64,000 bases of DNA from Octopus sinensis (lineage: Eukaryota): the NCBI RefSeq assembly GCF_006345805.1, contig NC_042998.1:94240001-94304000 (forward strand), written 5' to 3'. A program made the translations under genes and the position numbers. The notes under the pieces were generated by a model. That model saw nothing but the letters and a program-made list of their open reading frames with translations, ran no database searches and was not told where the DNA came from. The stretch's first letter is position 1; every line of letters begins with the position of its first letter. Shown piece by piece: positions 13,460-26,682 of this stretch.

Positions 13460-14280
13460 AGAACAGTAGCAACAATTACAACAGCAGCAACAGCAACAAC
13501 AACGACAACAATAACAATAATAATTACAACTCATCTATTCTCATCTTTGCCCTGGCATCAAATGATTCACTGCAAGTATATGCTACTGAAATATCTATAA
13601 TATTTTTATTGTAACGCTGCTGAAGAAATTGCTTCCTGTGCAAATCAAGCAACCAGTCCATCGCTACCACCATCTCCCCGTTACTTCATCTCAACTGCCA
13701 TTGCTGTCACCGCTGTCATGCACACCTCCATCTTCCACTCTGCCATCACCCCACCCCGCCACTGCTATCACCATTGCTGTCACAACCGACCCACCGTCGC
13801 CGCCAACAATTCCAACAATGTCGTCCTCTACCTCATCCTCGTCGTTGTTGTTGTCATCGTCATTCTTGTCTCTATCATCATAGTTGGCATCTACACCATT
13901 ATCAACATCATCATCATCATCATCATTGCCAGCAATTCCACCGCCACCACCACTGGTATTACCACCGGCACCACTATCACCCACCACCACCATCACTACC
14001 ACCACTACCAACACCACCACCATCGTCATCATCATTACCACCACCATCCTCGGCAGCATCACCATCATTGTTGTCATCATAATCATTGTCACCACCACCA
14101 CCACCACCAGTTTCATCCTCATCATTAATGTCACTGTTTTCACTGATACCACCACTATCACTACTACCACTGCTACTATCAGTACCACCACCACTACAAT
14201 CATCACCATCATCATCATCATCATCGTCATCATCATCATCATCGTCGTCATCGTCATTGTCATTGTTAATGCAATAGTTG
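13460..14280. repeat. Compound trinucleotide low-complexity tract (CAA/CAC/CAT)
   Basis: Direct inspection; accounts for the poly-His/Asp/Met ORFs. Confidence 0.9.
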
Positions 14281-14511
14281 CTTTTAAAATATGCAAAAGA
14301 TTGGTGTATATCTGGAGATAGATGCAAGTGATTTGAAGAATTAGCTTTCAAGAGCAATTACAGAATTGCATGTTTTAGCGAGGGATAAAACTGGTTCAAA
14401 ATTGGGAATATCAGAGATGGATTTTATATTTCGTATACCTGTAAATACACTGGGCTAAAAGAATATAGGAATGTGTGTGTATGTGTATACATATACATGT
14501 ATGTATGTATG

Positions 14512-14617
<106 letters not shown>

Positions 14618-14739
14618 ATATGTGTATGTATGTATGTATATATTCATTTAGCCCATGCATTTACAGGTATATAACATGAAATATATAATGCAGCAGTATT
14701 TACATATATATACATATATTCATACATATATATGATACA

Positions 14740-15168
14740 GATAAGGAAATAATTTTATTCTCAAATGCAGGATAATGCTAATAATACAGCATGAACAAGA
14801 TAAGCTATCCATAGTTTGCAGGAAAATCTCTCACCGGCCAGCCATGAGACTTGAATTCACATCCCTGTGATTTCGCGCCAAGTGCTTTTCCATTAAGCTA
14901 AACTGCCCCAATTACAAATTCTTCTGAAAATTTAGGATATATACATCTAGCTTCATAAGACACTATCGTACATTAAATTCAACTTACATTGAAAGTCAGC
15001 TGGCCGCCAACAAATTTTTCTGCAAAATATGGACAGTTTATCCTGTTCATGCTATATTATTAGCACTATCCTGCATTTGAGAATAAAATTATTTCCTTAT
15101 CTTTCAATACATCTCAATGCTTCCAGAGCAAACATTGTTTGTTGACTTTCAATGTAAGTTGAATTTAA
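14740..15168. repeat. Foldback element with tRNA-like core and two interleaved inverted-repeat pairs
   Basis: 14740-14827 is inverted at 15014-15101, and 14973-14998 is inverted at 15143-15168. The minus strand of 14836-14909 has A-box TAGCTTAATGG and B-box-like GAATTCAAGTC. Confidence 0.75.
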
Positions 15169-15214
15169 CATTCATACATACATACATACATACATACATA
15201 CATACATACATACA

Positions 15215-15251
<37 letters not shown>

Positions 15252-15353
15252 ATATATAAGTGTCTCTTGAAATAGAAAATAGTCTTTTTCGATAACATGG
15301 TAGTCAGGTCAGTTTGAGCTTCCCTACAACTATAATGTAAACTTTTTTGAACT

Positions 15354-15785
15354 ATTAATATTCTGTGCGTGTATACCACTATTCAACTGAACTTTTTAAT
15401 AATTCCTTCTGGAAACTATCTTTAACATTTTCTTGAGAATGTATATATATGTTGTAATCTTTTGTGCCCAATATTTTAATGAACTTGTTAAACTTTTTTA
15501 TGTCCTTAACATGTTCTTGTTACCAAAGACTGTATATATGTATTGTAGTATTTTGTGACAATTAATATTTTGTGCGTGTATGAATATACAGATACAATAC
15601 CACTATTCCACTGAACTTTTTAATAATTCCTTCTGGAAACTATCTTTAACATTTCCTTGAGAATGAGTATTTATGTTGTAATCTTTTGTGCCCAATATTT
15701 TAATGAACTTGTTAAACTTTTTTATGTCCTTAACATGTTCTTGTTACCAAAGACTGTATATATGTATTGTAGCATTTTGCGACAA
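15354..15785. repeat. Tandem duplication, two units of about 207 and 225 bp
   Basis: Both units start ATTAATATT(C/T)TGTGCGTGTA (15354, 15561) and are highly similar throughout. Confidence 0.9.
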
Positions 15786-15929
15786 CCAATAATTAACACA
15801 ACCAAACTTTTACATGTTACTTTTGACAATGTTTTTCTAAAGAGTGAAACCGGTAAAGTAAATAAACATCTTTTAAAATTGCATTTTCAAACCTTCTTTC
15901 GTATATAAATATATATATATACATGTGTG

Positions 15930-15963
<34 letters not shown>

Positions 15964-17174
15964 CGAATATGTATATATATATATAAATATACATATAGAT
16001 GTGTGTATATGTATATGTGTGTGTGTGTGTGTGTATATATCATCATCATCATCATTTAACTTCCGCTTTCCATGCTAGCATGTGTTGGACGATTTGACTG
16101 AGGACTGGTGAACCAGATGGCTGCACCAGGCTCCAATCTGATCTGGCAGTTTCTACGCCAACCACTCCGAGAGTGTAGTGGGTGCTTTTACGTGCCACCG
16201 GCAGGATGTCAGTCTGGCAGTACTGGCAACAGCCACACTCAAATGGTGCTTTTTACATGCCACCTGCACAGGAGTCACTCCAGCAGCACTGGCAACAACT
16301 TCGCTCAAATGTTTTGTTCACGTGCCACCAGCACAAGTGCAAGTTAGGTAATGCAGGTAACAATCATGCTCAAATGGTACTTTTTACGTGCCACTGGCAT
16401 GGAAGCCAGACTGCTGCTCTGGCAGTGATCCTGCTCGGATGGAGCTGTTAGTGCTCCACTGGCATGGGTGCCTGTCATCGAATTTAGTTCAATTTCGATT
16501 TCAATTGCCCCAACAAGTCTTTGCAATGTGAGGTTCATATAGGGTGAGGGTGGGAAGGGGGTCAAGTATAATACATTTGATTTGGGCTTCTAAATCCATT
16601 TCCTTTACTTTTCACCTTACAATCCTCATCATTGTAGTTGTCATCGTTATCATCATTGGCATTGCCACCATCACCACCACCACCACCACCATCATTTTCA
16701 TCATCATCATCATCATCATCGTCATCATCATCATCATCATCTTCCTTATCATCACCATTATCATAATTATCATCACCATCTTCATCATAATCATCATACT
16801 ATCATCATCATCATCACCATCATTATCATCACTACCATCATCATCATATTCTCTGGGTTTCACTGTGTATCTGCTGATTTGATAGAAGCCCACAAAATCA
16901 TCCACCACCTTTCCAACAAGTCATTTTTTTTGGTGGGGTAGGGAATTCATTACCTCTATCACTTGCTTATAAAATCAACCAACAGTACAACACCCATTAC
17001 ATTACTTTATGCTCAGAATTGTCGCACCAAAGAACACATCACTTGTGCTGGTACTTAGTTGCTAAGACACTATCTTCTTAAAAATTCCCCTGCTTCCCAG
17101 AACTCTCTAGCACTGGTCCTGATGTGACCCTGAACCCCTTTGTCTTTATGGCTCTTTTACACGTTACTCTTTAC

Positions 17175-17619
17175 TCTTTTACTTGTTTCTTCATTTGACT
17201 ATGGCCATGCTGGAGCACTGCCTTTAGTCAAGCAAATCAACTCCAGGGCTTATTCTTTGTAAGCCTATTCTATCGGAACATTTTGCCAAAAGGTGGCGAG
17301 CTGGCAGAATCGTTAGCACGCCGGGCGAAATGCTTAGCGGTATTTCGTCTGCTGCTACATTCTGAGTTCAAATTCCGCTGAGGTCGACTTTGTCTTTCAT
17401 CCTTTCGAGGTTGATTAAATAAGTACCAGTTACACACTGGGGTCATATAATCAACTTAATCCGTTTGTCTGTCGTTGTTTGTCCTCTCTGTGTTTAGCCC
17501 CTTGTGGGTAGTAAAGAAACAGGTATATTTTGCCAAACTGCTAAGTTACGGGAATGTAAACACACCAGCATTGGTTGTCAAGCGATGTTGGGGGCACAAA
17601 CACTGACACACAAACATAT

Positions 17620-17650
<31 letters not shown>

Positions 17651-17835
17651 ATATATATATATATATACATTTTTACAACAGGCTTCTTTCAGTTTCCGTC
17701 AACCAAATCCACTCACAAGGCTTTGGTCGGCCTGAGGCTATAGTAGAAGACACTTGCCCAAGGTGCAACATAGTGGGACTGAACTTGAAACCATGTGGTT
17801 CATAAGCAAGCTACTTACCACACAGCCACTCCTAC
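17175..17835 (-). mobile_element. SINE family A interrupted by a family B SINE
   Basis: Family A body resumes after the insert; ATTTTGCCAAA is duplicated at 17280-17290 and 17527-17537. Confidence 0.8.
17291..17526 (+). mobile_element. tRNA-headed SINE, family B
   Basis: GGCGAGCTGGCAGAATCGTTAGC..GAGTTCAAATTCC..GGTCGACTTTG.CTTTCATCCTTTCG..AAGTACCAG, with an 11-bp TSD. Other copies near 40880, 41170, 44680 and 59910 (minus strand). Confidence 0.85.
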
Positions 17836-17961
17836 TCTTCATTTTTCTGCCTTTTTGTATTTTATTCTGTGTACTACACATGCACTTTTGGCTATCATTA
17901 CTAATTTCCTTTATTTGACTTATTGCTGCTTTCTGTTCCCTCATCTATCCTTTTTTATCAC

Positions 17962-17992
<31 letters not shown>

Positions 17993-19149
17993 GTTATCAC
18001 TGTCAAAAGCAACAACGACAACACCAACAGCACAATAATAAAAGCTACGAAAATTTAAAGTATATTTCTTTCTTTGCTGATGTGTTTTGGCACTATACCA
18101 GGTTGAACCAAAAGTTTTTTTAGATTTTCACTGATGAATTTTGGCAACTTGTATTTCCATGTTATATCGTTAATTTGATACTCGTTATCCAATTGTTGCT
18201 GGATTGTTTATTCTTTCTTTTCATGTATAACATGCAAACATAAATTGCTTATTCTTTGTTTTAAAGCTTTGAGAATGAGTAGGGAAAAAAATTACAATCA
18301 GAGCCATTTTATGTTACCTGTGGAGAAAAAGGACTGAGTGTAAAGGCAGTGGCAAAAGAAATTAATAATGTGGAAGGCCCAAGAACTGTCAATGAATGTG
18401 TGGCACAAAACTGGCTCAGACATTTCAAGGAAAGTGACATAAGTCTTGAAGACAAACCAAGATCAAGAAGATATTCAACTGTGGAAGACACAGCCCCACT
18501 TAAAATGGTTGAACAACAGCTGAACACAAGCACTTGTACATTGACAACAGAACTTCCTCTTTGGCAAAGCACCATCAGTCAACACCTCTATAAGCTTGGC
18601 CTTGGGAACATGCTGTTGAGAAGTTTCTCATGAACTGACCAATGACCATGCTCAATTACAAGTAAATATTTTTTTTTTTTCGCAAACTGCTATCAAATCC
18701 TTGAGACACCCAATGTTTGTGTTAAAATGTAACTGGGGATGAAAAATGGCTCTATTTTCATAATCCTAATAAGAGAAATTGGTAGCTTCATTCTGGCCAG
18801 GTTTCAGAACCTGTAGTCAAATAAGAATGGTTTGAACAGAAGGTCATACTGTATATTTGATGGAATTTCAAGGAAGTGTTGCACTTTGAGCTTGTCCTAG
18901 ATGGTGTGAAGGCTAACATTTATGCTCAACAATTGCAGTGAGGTATATGATGCTTTGAAAGCCTACTACCTGGAATTGACCAATCAAAGATAAGCACTCC
19001 TACAGCATGACAATATCCCAGCACACACTGCCAACGTGACCAAGTGCAAACTTAAGAATCTTGAGAGGCTGGAAGTGCTGCCTCACCCTTACCTACAGTC
19101 CAGACCTTGCAACATCAGATTACTACCTTTTCTAAGTCACAGCTCATTT

Positions 19150-21330
19150 CCTTGGTGTAGCAGCATAATAGTCAACTGCTACAAAGGTAAAGGTGACGCC
19201 CTAGATACAAATAACTACAGAGGTATCAAGCTGTTGGATCAGGTGATGAAGGTTACGGAGAGGGTCATAGCCCAACTAATTAGAGAGAGAGTTAGTTTAG
19301 ATGAGATGCAGTTTGGGTTTGTGCCAGGGAAAAGTACTACTGATGCTATATTCCTGGTAAGGCAGCTGCAGGAGAAATACCTAGCCAAAGATAAGCCCCT
19401 GTACCTGGCTTTTGTTGACATGGAGAAAGCCTTCGACAGGGTCCCCCGATCCCTTATCTGGTGGGCAATGAGGAAACTAGGGATGATGAATGGTTAGTGA
19501 GAGCTGTGCGGGCCATGTATAGGGATGCTGCTAGTAGGGTGAGGGTTGGAACGAGTACAGTGAAGAATTCCGGGTAGAGGTAGGGGTCCACCAAGGCTCA
19601 GTACTCAGCCCCCTCCTATTTATCATAGTCCTCTAGGCAATAACGGAGGAATTCAAGACAGGATGCCCTTGGGAGCTCCTCTATGCTGATGACCTTGCTC
19701 TAATTGCTGAGTCGCTATCAGAACTGGAGGAGAAGTTTCAGGTGTGGAACCAGGATTAGAATCGAAGGGCCTCAGAGTCAATCTAGCTAAAACCAAAGTC
19801 GTAATCAGTAGGAAGGTAGACAATCACAAACGCCTTCAGGTAGATGGCCCTGCTCGATCTGTAGAAAAGGTGTAGGTAGAAACTCTATAAGATGCACCAA
19901 GTGTAAGCTATGGACACATAAGAGGTGCAGCAATGTCAAAGGAAGGCTAACTAGGAAGATGGTTTTTGTATGTGGCAGATGCTCAGGAACAATAGACACC
20001 GAAAATGCTCTGAGACCAACTTCCGTCACTTTCCAGGGAGAAAAACTAGAAATAGTTGATAGTTTCCGTTACCTAGGTGACCAAGTCAGCAGCGGGGGCG
20101 GGTGTGCTGAAAGTGTAACTGCTAGAGTAAGAATAGCTTGGGCAAAGTTCAGAGAGCTCTTACCTCTGCTGGTGACAAAAGGCCTCTCGCACAGAGTGAA
20201 AGGCAGACTGTATGATGCGTGTGTACGAACAGCCATGCTACATGGCAGTGAAACATGGGCCGTGACTGCTGAGGATATGCGTAAGCTCGCAAGAAATGAA
20301 GCCAGTATGCTCCGATGGATGTGTAATGTCAGTGTTCATAATCGACAGAGTGTAAGTACCTTGAGAGAAAAGCTGGACCTAAGAAGCATCAGTTGTGGTG
20401 TGCAAGAGAGACGATTGCGCTGGTATGGTCATGTGGTGAGAATGGATGAAGATAGTTGTATGAAAAAGTGCCACACCCTAGCGGTTGAGGGAACCTGTGG
20501 AAGAGGCAGACCCAGGAAAACCTGGGACGAGGTGGTGAAGCACGACCTTCGAACTTTAGGTCTCACTGAGGAAATGACTAGAGACCGAGTCCTCTGGAAG
20601 TGTGCTGTGCGCGAGAAGACCCGGCAGGACAAGTGAGTCCATAACCCGTGGCCTTCTACTTGGGATGGAGCCAGCCTACGTATGCATACCTTCCCTTCTT
20701 GGGACACAAAACTCTACTTGTGAAGACCTGTTGAGGCAAGTGAGGATCAGAATCGAAATCGATCAATGGAAATTGCAGATGTGTTACCAGTGCCGGTGGC
20801 ATGTCGATACTCTACTTGAAGACCCGTTGAGGCAAGTGAGGATCAGAATGGAAATCGATCAATGGAAATGCAGATGTGTTACCAGTGCCGGTGGCATGTC
20901 GAAACTCTACTTGTGAAGACCCGTTGAGGCAAGTGAGGATCAGAATGGAAATCGATCAATGGAAATTGCAGATGTGTTACCAGTGCCGGTGGCATGTAAG
21001 AGAACCTTCCGTTTCGCGACCGTTGCCAGCACCGCCCCGTTTCGTGTCCGTTGCCAGCCTCGCCTGGCCCTTGTGCCGGTGGCACAGAAAAAGCACCATC
21101 CGTTCGTGGCCGTTTGCCAGCTCTGTCTGGCACCTGTGCGGGTGGGACGTAAAAAGCACCCACTACACTCACGGAGTGGTTGGCGTTAGGAAGGGCATCC
21201 AGCCGTAGAAACACTGCCAGATTTGACTGGGCCTGATGAAGCCTTCTGGCTTCACAGACCCCAGTAGAACCGTCCAACCCATGCTAGCATGGAAAACGGA
21301 CGCTAAACGATGATGATGATGATGATGATG
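19150..21330 (+). mobile_element. 5'-truncated RTE-clade LINE
   Basis: RT motifs NYRGIKLL, QFGFVPGKSTTDAIF, FVDMEKAFDRVP and LYADD, a Cys-rich insert, and C-terminal ERRLRWYGHV..RGRPRKTW. ORF ends at 20636; several frameshifts; (GAT)n tail. Confidence 0.95.
20712..20997 (+). repeat. Three tandem units of about 95 bp in the RTE 3' UTR
   Basis: Unit CTCTACTTG(TG)AAGACC.GTTGAGGCAAGTGAGGATCAGAAT..GTGCCGGTGGCATGT starts at 20712, 20810 and 20905. Confidence 0.9.
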
Positions 21331-21761
21331 AAGGTTCAACAATGTGGATGAAGTTGATAATGGGTGCAGGGAGATTTTTGCCTCTAAAACCAGCCAAATG
21401 GTATAAGTGGGGGATTGAGTTTTTGGTACAACAATGGCAACAGGCAATAGAATACGCTTGGATATATTCAAATATACAAATGATTTTCATATGCAATTTG
21501 TTTGAACTATTAATTAAAACTTGAAATACGAAAGACTTTTTTGACTCCACCTTATTATCATTATCATTGGTAGTAGTAGTAGTAGTAGTGGTGGTCGTGG
21601 TCGTGGTTGTGGTGGTGGTGGCGGCGGCAGTGGTGGTGGTGGTAGTGGCAGTGGTGGTGGTAGTGGCAGTGGTGGTGGTAGTGGCAGTGGTGGTGGTAGT
21701 GGCAGCTGCAGTGGCAGTGGTGGTGGTGGTGGGTGTGCTGATGGTGGTCGTGGTGGTCGTG

Positions 21762-21800
<39 letters not shown>

Positions 21801-21807
21801 ATATTGA

Positions 21808-22462
21808 GGCAGTGAACTGGCAGAATTGTTAGCATGCTGGATGAAATGCTTAGCGATATTTTGCCTGTCACTACATTCTGAGTTCAAATTCTGCTGAGGT
21901 TGACTTTGCCTTTCATTCTTTCGGGGTCAATAACACTGGGGTTGATGTAATCAACTAGTCCCCTCCCAACAAATTTGAGGTCTTGTGCCTCCAGTAGAAA
22001 GGATTATTATTATTATTATTATTTAAGCTGGCCAGCTGGCAGAATTGTTAGCACGCTGGGCAAAATGCTTAGCAACACACCAAATGTCTTTAAATTCTGA
22101 GTTCAAATTCCACCAAGGTCGACATTCCTTTTTCAGGGTCGATAAATTAAATACCAGTGAAATGCTGAGGTCGATGTGATTGACGTACCCCCTTCCCCTC
22201 AATTTGAGGCCTTGTGCCTTTAGTAGAAAAGATTATCATTATTATTATTAGGGTGGCAAGTTGGTAGAGTCATTAGCATGCTGGGCAAAATGCTTAGCAA
22301 GCGTCTTCACATTCTGAGTTCAAATTCTGCCAAGGTCAACTTTGCTTTTCATCCTTTTGGGGGTCAATAAAATAAGAACCAATTGAACAATGGGGTCAAT
22401 GTAATCAACTTATCCAATCTACTGAAATGCTGGCTTTGTACAAATATTTGAAATTAACAAAA
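21808..22462 (+). mobile_element. Three head-to-tail family B SINE copies
   Basis: Heads at about 21808, 22028 and 22251, separated by (ATT)n tails. Confidence 0.8.
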
Positions 22463-23915
22463 AGTACTTTGGATCATAGGGTGACATGTCGTGCTTGAGG
22501 AGACCTATTGAGTCAAGTACATCAAAATCAAAATTAAATGGAAATTGTTGTTGTGGTCCCCATGCTGGTGACATGTAAAAAGCACTATCTAAACGTGGCC
22601 GATGCCAGTGCCACCTTGACTGGTTCCCATGCCAGTGGCACATAAAAAGCACCATACAATCATGGTCAATGCCAGCCCCCTCTGGCCCCTGTGCTGGTGG
22701 CACGTAAAAAAGCACCCACTACACTCTCAGAGTGGTTGGCATTAGGAAGGGCATCCAGTTGTAGAAACACTGCCAGATCAGACTGAAGCCTGGCGCAGCC
22801 TCCTGGCTTCCAAGACCCCAGTCGAACCATCCAACCCATGCCAACATGGAAAATGGACGTTAATCAATGATGATGATGATGATGCTTAAATATTATCAGT
22901 GTTTATAACAACAGACTAAAACACACACATATTTAAAGATATGCAAATAGTTTTCAAGCCAATTACATTATTATGATAGCACCATAATAATTTTTAAGGA
23001 GCAAATTTTATCCAATGAATAATTTATGTTAGAAAACTAGTCATGAAATATTATCTTTATATATTTTCAGTCAGCGTCATATAATATATAAATATGTGTC
23101 AGTACACTAAAGAAATTATAACAACCATATCTTAGTGGTATAATCTTACTCTTCTTTCCCATGATGCTCAGTGCATCTCAAAAATGGTTAGCTGCTTGCT
23201 TAACAGAAAAATCAATTATTTTTTTCGCAATTTTATTAAGTAATCACGTCAAATGATTGGATTACACAGCATTAGAGTATTCCTGCTCATATTGGTCATA
23301 CTCTGGTGTTCTCAAATGGAGCAATATTTATGGAGCAATATGGAGCAATATTAATTTCTTGGTGATGTCAAAAACTAAAATAATTGCTTCTTTTTTGGTT
23401 TTCTTAAATCAAAGAAAAAGTTAAGAATGACGTTTCAAGTTTTATCATGGGGTTATGATAGGTGCAAACATGGATTAAAAAGTAACTTTTAGTTTGGTCC
23501 CTCTGTTTTGCACCTTGGGTTGGTGTGTTCTTCTGTTTTTTTCTTTTACTTGCTTTCATTACTGGAGTGAGACCATGATGGGGGTACCATCCTGAAGGGT
23601 TTAATCAAACAAATCATCCCTATTATCTATTTTCAAGTCTGGTACTTATTCTATTGGTCTCTTTTGCCAAACAACAAAGTTATGGTGACATAAACAAACC
23701 AACATTAGTTATCAAGCAGTGGTGGAGAGTGGGGTACAACCACACACACACATAGATGAATAAACCTTATATTTAAATATATGGTACTCAAGAAGACCCA
23801 TACTCCACCACAAATGTGTTAAGACTGGTCTTTCTGGTGACGTAAAGTACACATGGTGGTATATATATGTGTGTGTGTGTAGAGAGAGAGAGATAAATGG
23901 ATGGGTGGATGGATG

Positions 23916-24003
<88 letters not shown>

Positions 24004-24486
24004 TCAGGAAAGTGGTAGTTGCAAAAGGTCGTTGCTTAGATGTGCATATGTATGTGTGCATTTATGTATGTATGTATGTATGTATGTATGTATGTACGTA
24101 TCAATGGCATAGCTAATAGGGAAGGAAGGGGAGCAACCACTCTCCTCAAGCACATTTTTCAAAATTGGTGCCTTTTCAACAATTCTGTTAACTCTTTAGT
24201 TATCTGCATCAGTAGTTCTAAGTTTCATACATAACAACATTGTTACTGAAATATGAAATTAACGAATGTAGAATACATTATGTATATTATAAGTAATGAA
24301 ATATTTAGCATAAGAAATGTGTTAAAAATTGCTTGGTTTGTGTCAGTGCATATTTTTAATATGTGCTCACTCCCCCTAACTTTAGAACTTGGATACACCA
24401 CTGGTATGTGTGTGTGTGTGTGTGTGTGTGTAGTTTTCCCTTTTGGTGAAACATTGCAAACTGCTGTCTACATTAATTTTCTGTAG

Positions 24487-24627
24487 ACACATTAGCCGAT
24501 TCGCTAAATCATCCATAGATTTCTCTGATGAAAACATATATACTGATAGAGAATTAAGTCTGGAATTTGCCAAAGTGAAGCCAGTCCTTTCTGATGAGGC
24601 AACAGAAATTGTCAGAACTGACTGCCA
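24487..24627 (+). other. Candidate 141-nt symmetric coding exon
   Basis: TTAATTTTCTGTAG| acceptor, open frame HISRFAKSSIDFSDENIYTDRELSLEFAKVKPVLSDEATEIVRTDC, weak donor GTATAAG. No homolog recognised. Confidence 0.25.
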
Positions 24628-25544
24628 GTATAAGGAATTCTCAAACACTGTTTTCAGATAATTACAGTCCATGTATACAGTTATGCACTTTGACAACAGC
24701 ATTAAAGCATTTTAGCTCTTATTTCTAGCAATGGAGGTGTTTCTAACAACCTAGTCACATTTAGCGATGATTATAGTTTTCCTTTTTGCTGAAACATTGC
24801 AAACTGCTGTTTACATTAATTTTATACGCACACACACATCCTTTAAGCTCATTTATGTGAAACGTTTTTGAGTGCACTCATAAAATGCTCTCATGCTTTT
24901 CATTCTGGCTACCACTTATTATTCCTGTCTTCTAGGGTAATTTTATGGGATAGTTATTAGTCTGGTGCTGCTAAAACGTAGGATGAATATAGTAATTATG
25001 AGAACTTTTGGATGGAATCCTTTAATACATTGCTACATATGTTTCCACAAATCACATGAGGACTCCAGCATAAACCGCGTGCACAATACTGTAAGTGCTT
25101 TTTATTATTATATAATTGGACATGCAAGGAAAATAATACTAGAGTATTGTTTGCCCTTGAGTATAATGTGCAGGGGATTTTTAGAGGGCTGTACCTCTGA
25201 AAAACCTAAACCTTGTGTATAATACGCACCCCTTCTCTAACTTGAGTCAAGGAGGCGTATATAACTAGCCACAATGAATGTTGATGGAACTCAAGTTAGT
25301 TAAAATTTACTAGGTTAATCATCACTTGGTAAATCCTAATGTCCTTGTAAGTCTCCGTAGAGGAAAAATAATAAAAATTAACAAGAGCACACACAGAGCA
25401 CAAACCTTCACCAAAGCAACACCAACATCTTCTCAATGATTAGCCAGAGAGGATTTTTAAAATTAGATTATCTGAAATAAATTCGACTGCTCTCACAAAC
25501 GAGAATACTAAAGTTAAACAAAAAAATAAAGAAAAAATAATCCA

Positions 25545-25727
25545 GAATCCTTGTCTGGTACCAGATCGATCCCAAAATCTAATCAGTTTGTGCCAGTCAT
25601 GAAACCACACATCCCTGAAATTTTCATCCTAATTCACCCAGCAGCTCTTGAGATATCTTGTCCACGGACAAACAAACAAACAAACACAAGTGAAAATAAT
25701 GCCTTAGTGAAGGCAGAGGTAATAAAG
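25545..25727. mobile_element. Probable non-autonomous Helentron/HINE-like end
   Basis: CAAAATCTAATCAG..GAAATTTTCATC..(CAAA)n..GAAAATAATGCCTT..GGCAGAGGTAATAA resembles widespread GGCGGAGGTAAT-ended elements (recalled similarity). Confidence 0.45.
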
Positions 25728-26037
25728 ATCTAGAGAACAAAGATTTGCACATTCAAGTTTTGTTATACAGTTAATTACATCGTTCTTTGTCAAGACCTAT
25801 GCATTGTGTAATTACTATCATCCATCAAAGGTGTAAAATGTGTTTCTTCAGATGATTATTTTGAATAAATTCTTTGTTAAACCAGGCTGTCATTTCACTC
25901 AATACAAGAATGAATACCCAAAGCAGTCTGCTAGTTTTAGCAATTTGCTGACAAAACTAAATCCATAGATATACTGACAGACAAAGCACAAGTATAATCA
26001 AAATACAAAATATAAAAACAAAGAAACAAAAAAGCTA

Positions 26038-26068
<31 letters not shown>

Positions 26069-26582
26069 TGTGTGAGTATAGTATGTGTGTGTAGTGTAGT
26101 GTGCGTCTGTGTAGTTTGTGTGTGTGTGTGTGTGTATGTGTTTGTGTGTGTGGTGTGTGCATGTGTGTATGTGCATGTGCATGTATGTGAGTGTAAGCAT
26201 GCATGTGTGTGTTTGGTGTGTGTCCAAGTGTTTAGGGTATCACACTTGTGACTGCCAGGTTGTGGGTTCAATTCCCAGAATGAGCAGCACACTGTGTTCC
26301 TGAGCAAAATACTTCCTTTCATGTTGCATAATTTGAATTTGCATTGTGATCAGCAATGTATAACAACATCTGGTAATCTGCTCTATACGATAATACCATG
26401 ATATGTATATGTGGTTGGCTCCACTGTCAGTACATAGACTTGTGTTTCTTTGTGACTAAAAGGGTCTTTAACCTCTTATTTTTAGCAATGTAGATGCTAC
26501 CCTGTGCTGTCAGTCACAATTAATGACAATTGAATTTTTGGTTCTATATTGCTTATAGAAGTAAGTTTTATCTATCTATCTT

Positions 26583-26645
<63 letters not shown>

Positions 26646-26682
26646 GTCTGTCTGTCTATCTATCTATCTATATATATATATA

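Larger units (their letters stand above)
18100..21552 (+). mobile_element. Degenerate mariner split by an RTE insertion (18100-19150 and 21331-21552)
   Basis: HTH region KEINNVEGPRTV..SLEDKPRS, then TGDEKW, LQHDNIPAH and EVLPHP. The C-terminus RFNNVDEV..FASKP..GIEFLVQQWQQAIE resumes after the RTE tail. Confidence 0.8.

Noticed and set aside
13629-14357. Poly-His/Asp/Met ORFs on both strands (also 16544-16908, 21284-21887, 30329-31021, 46305-46651)
   Set aside because: Compound trinucleotide repeats that lack stop codons by composition.
20712-20997. CRISPR-like regular repeats
   Set aside because: Contiguous tandem units without unique spacers, inside a eukaryotic LINE UTR.
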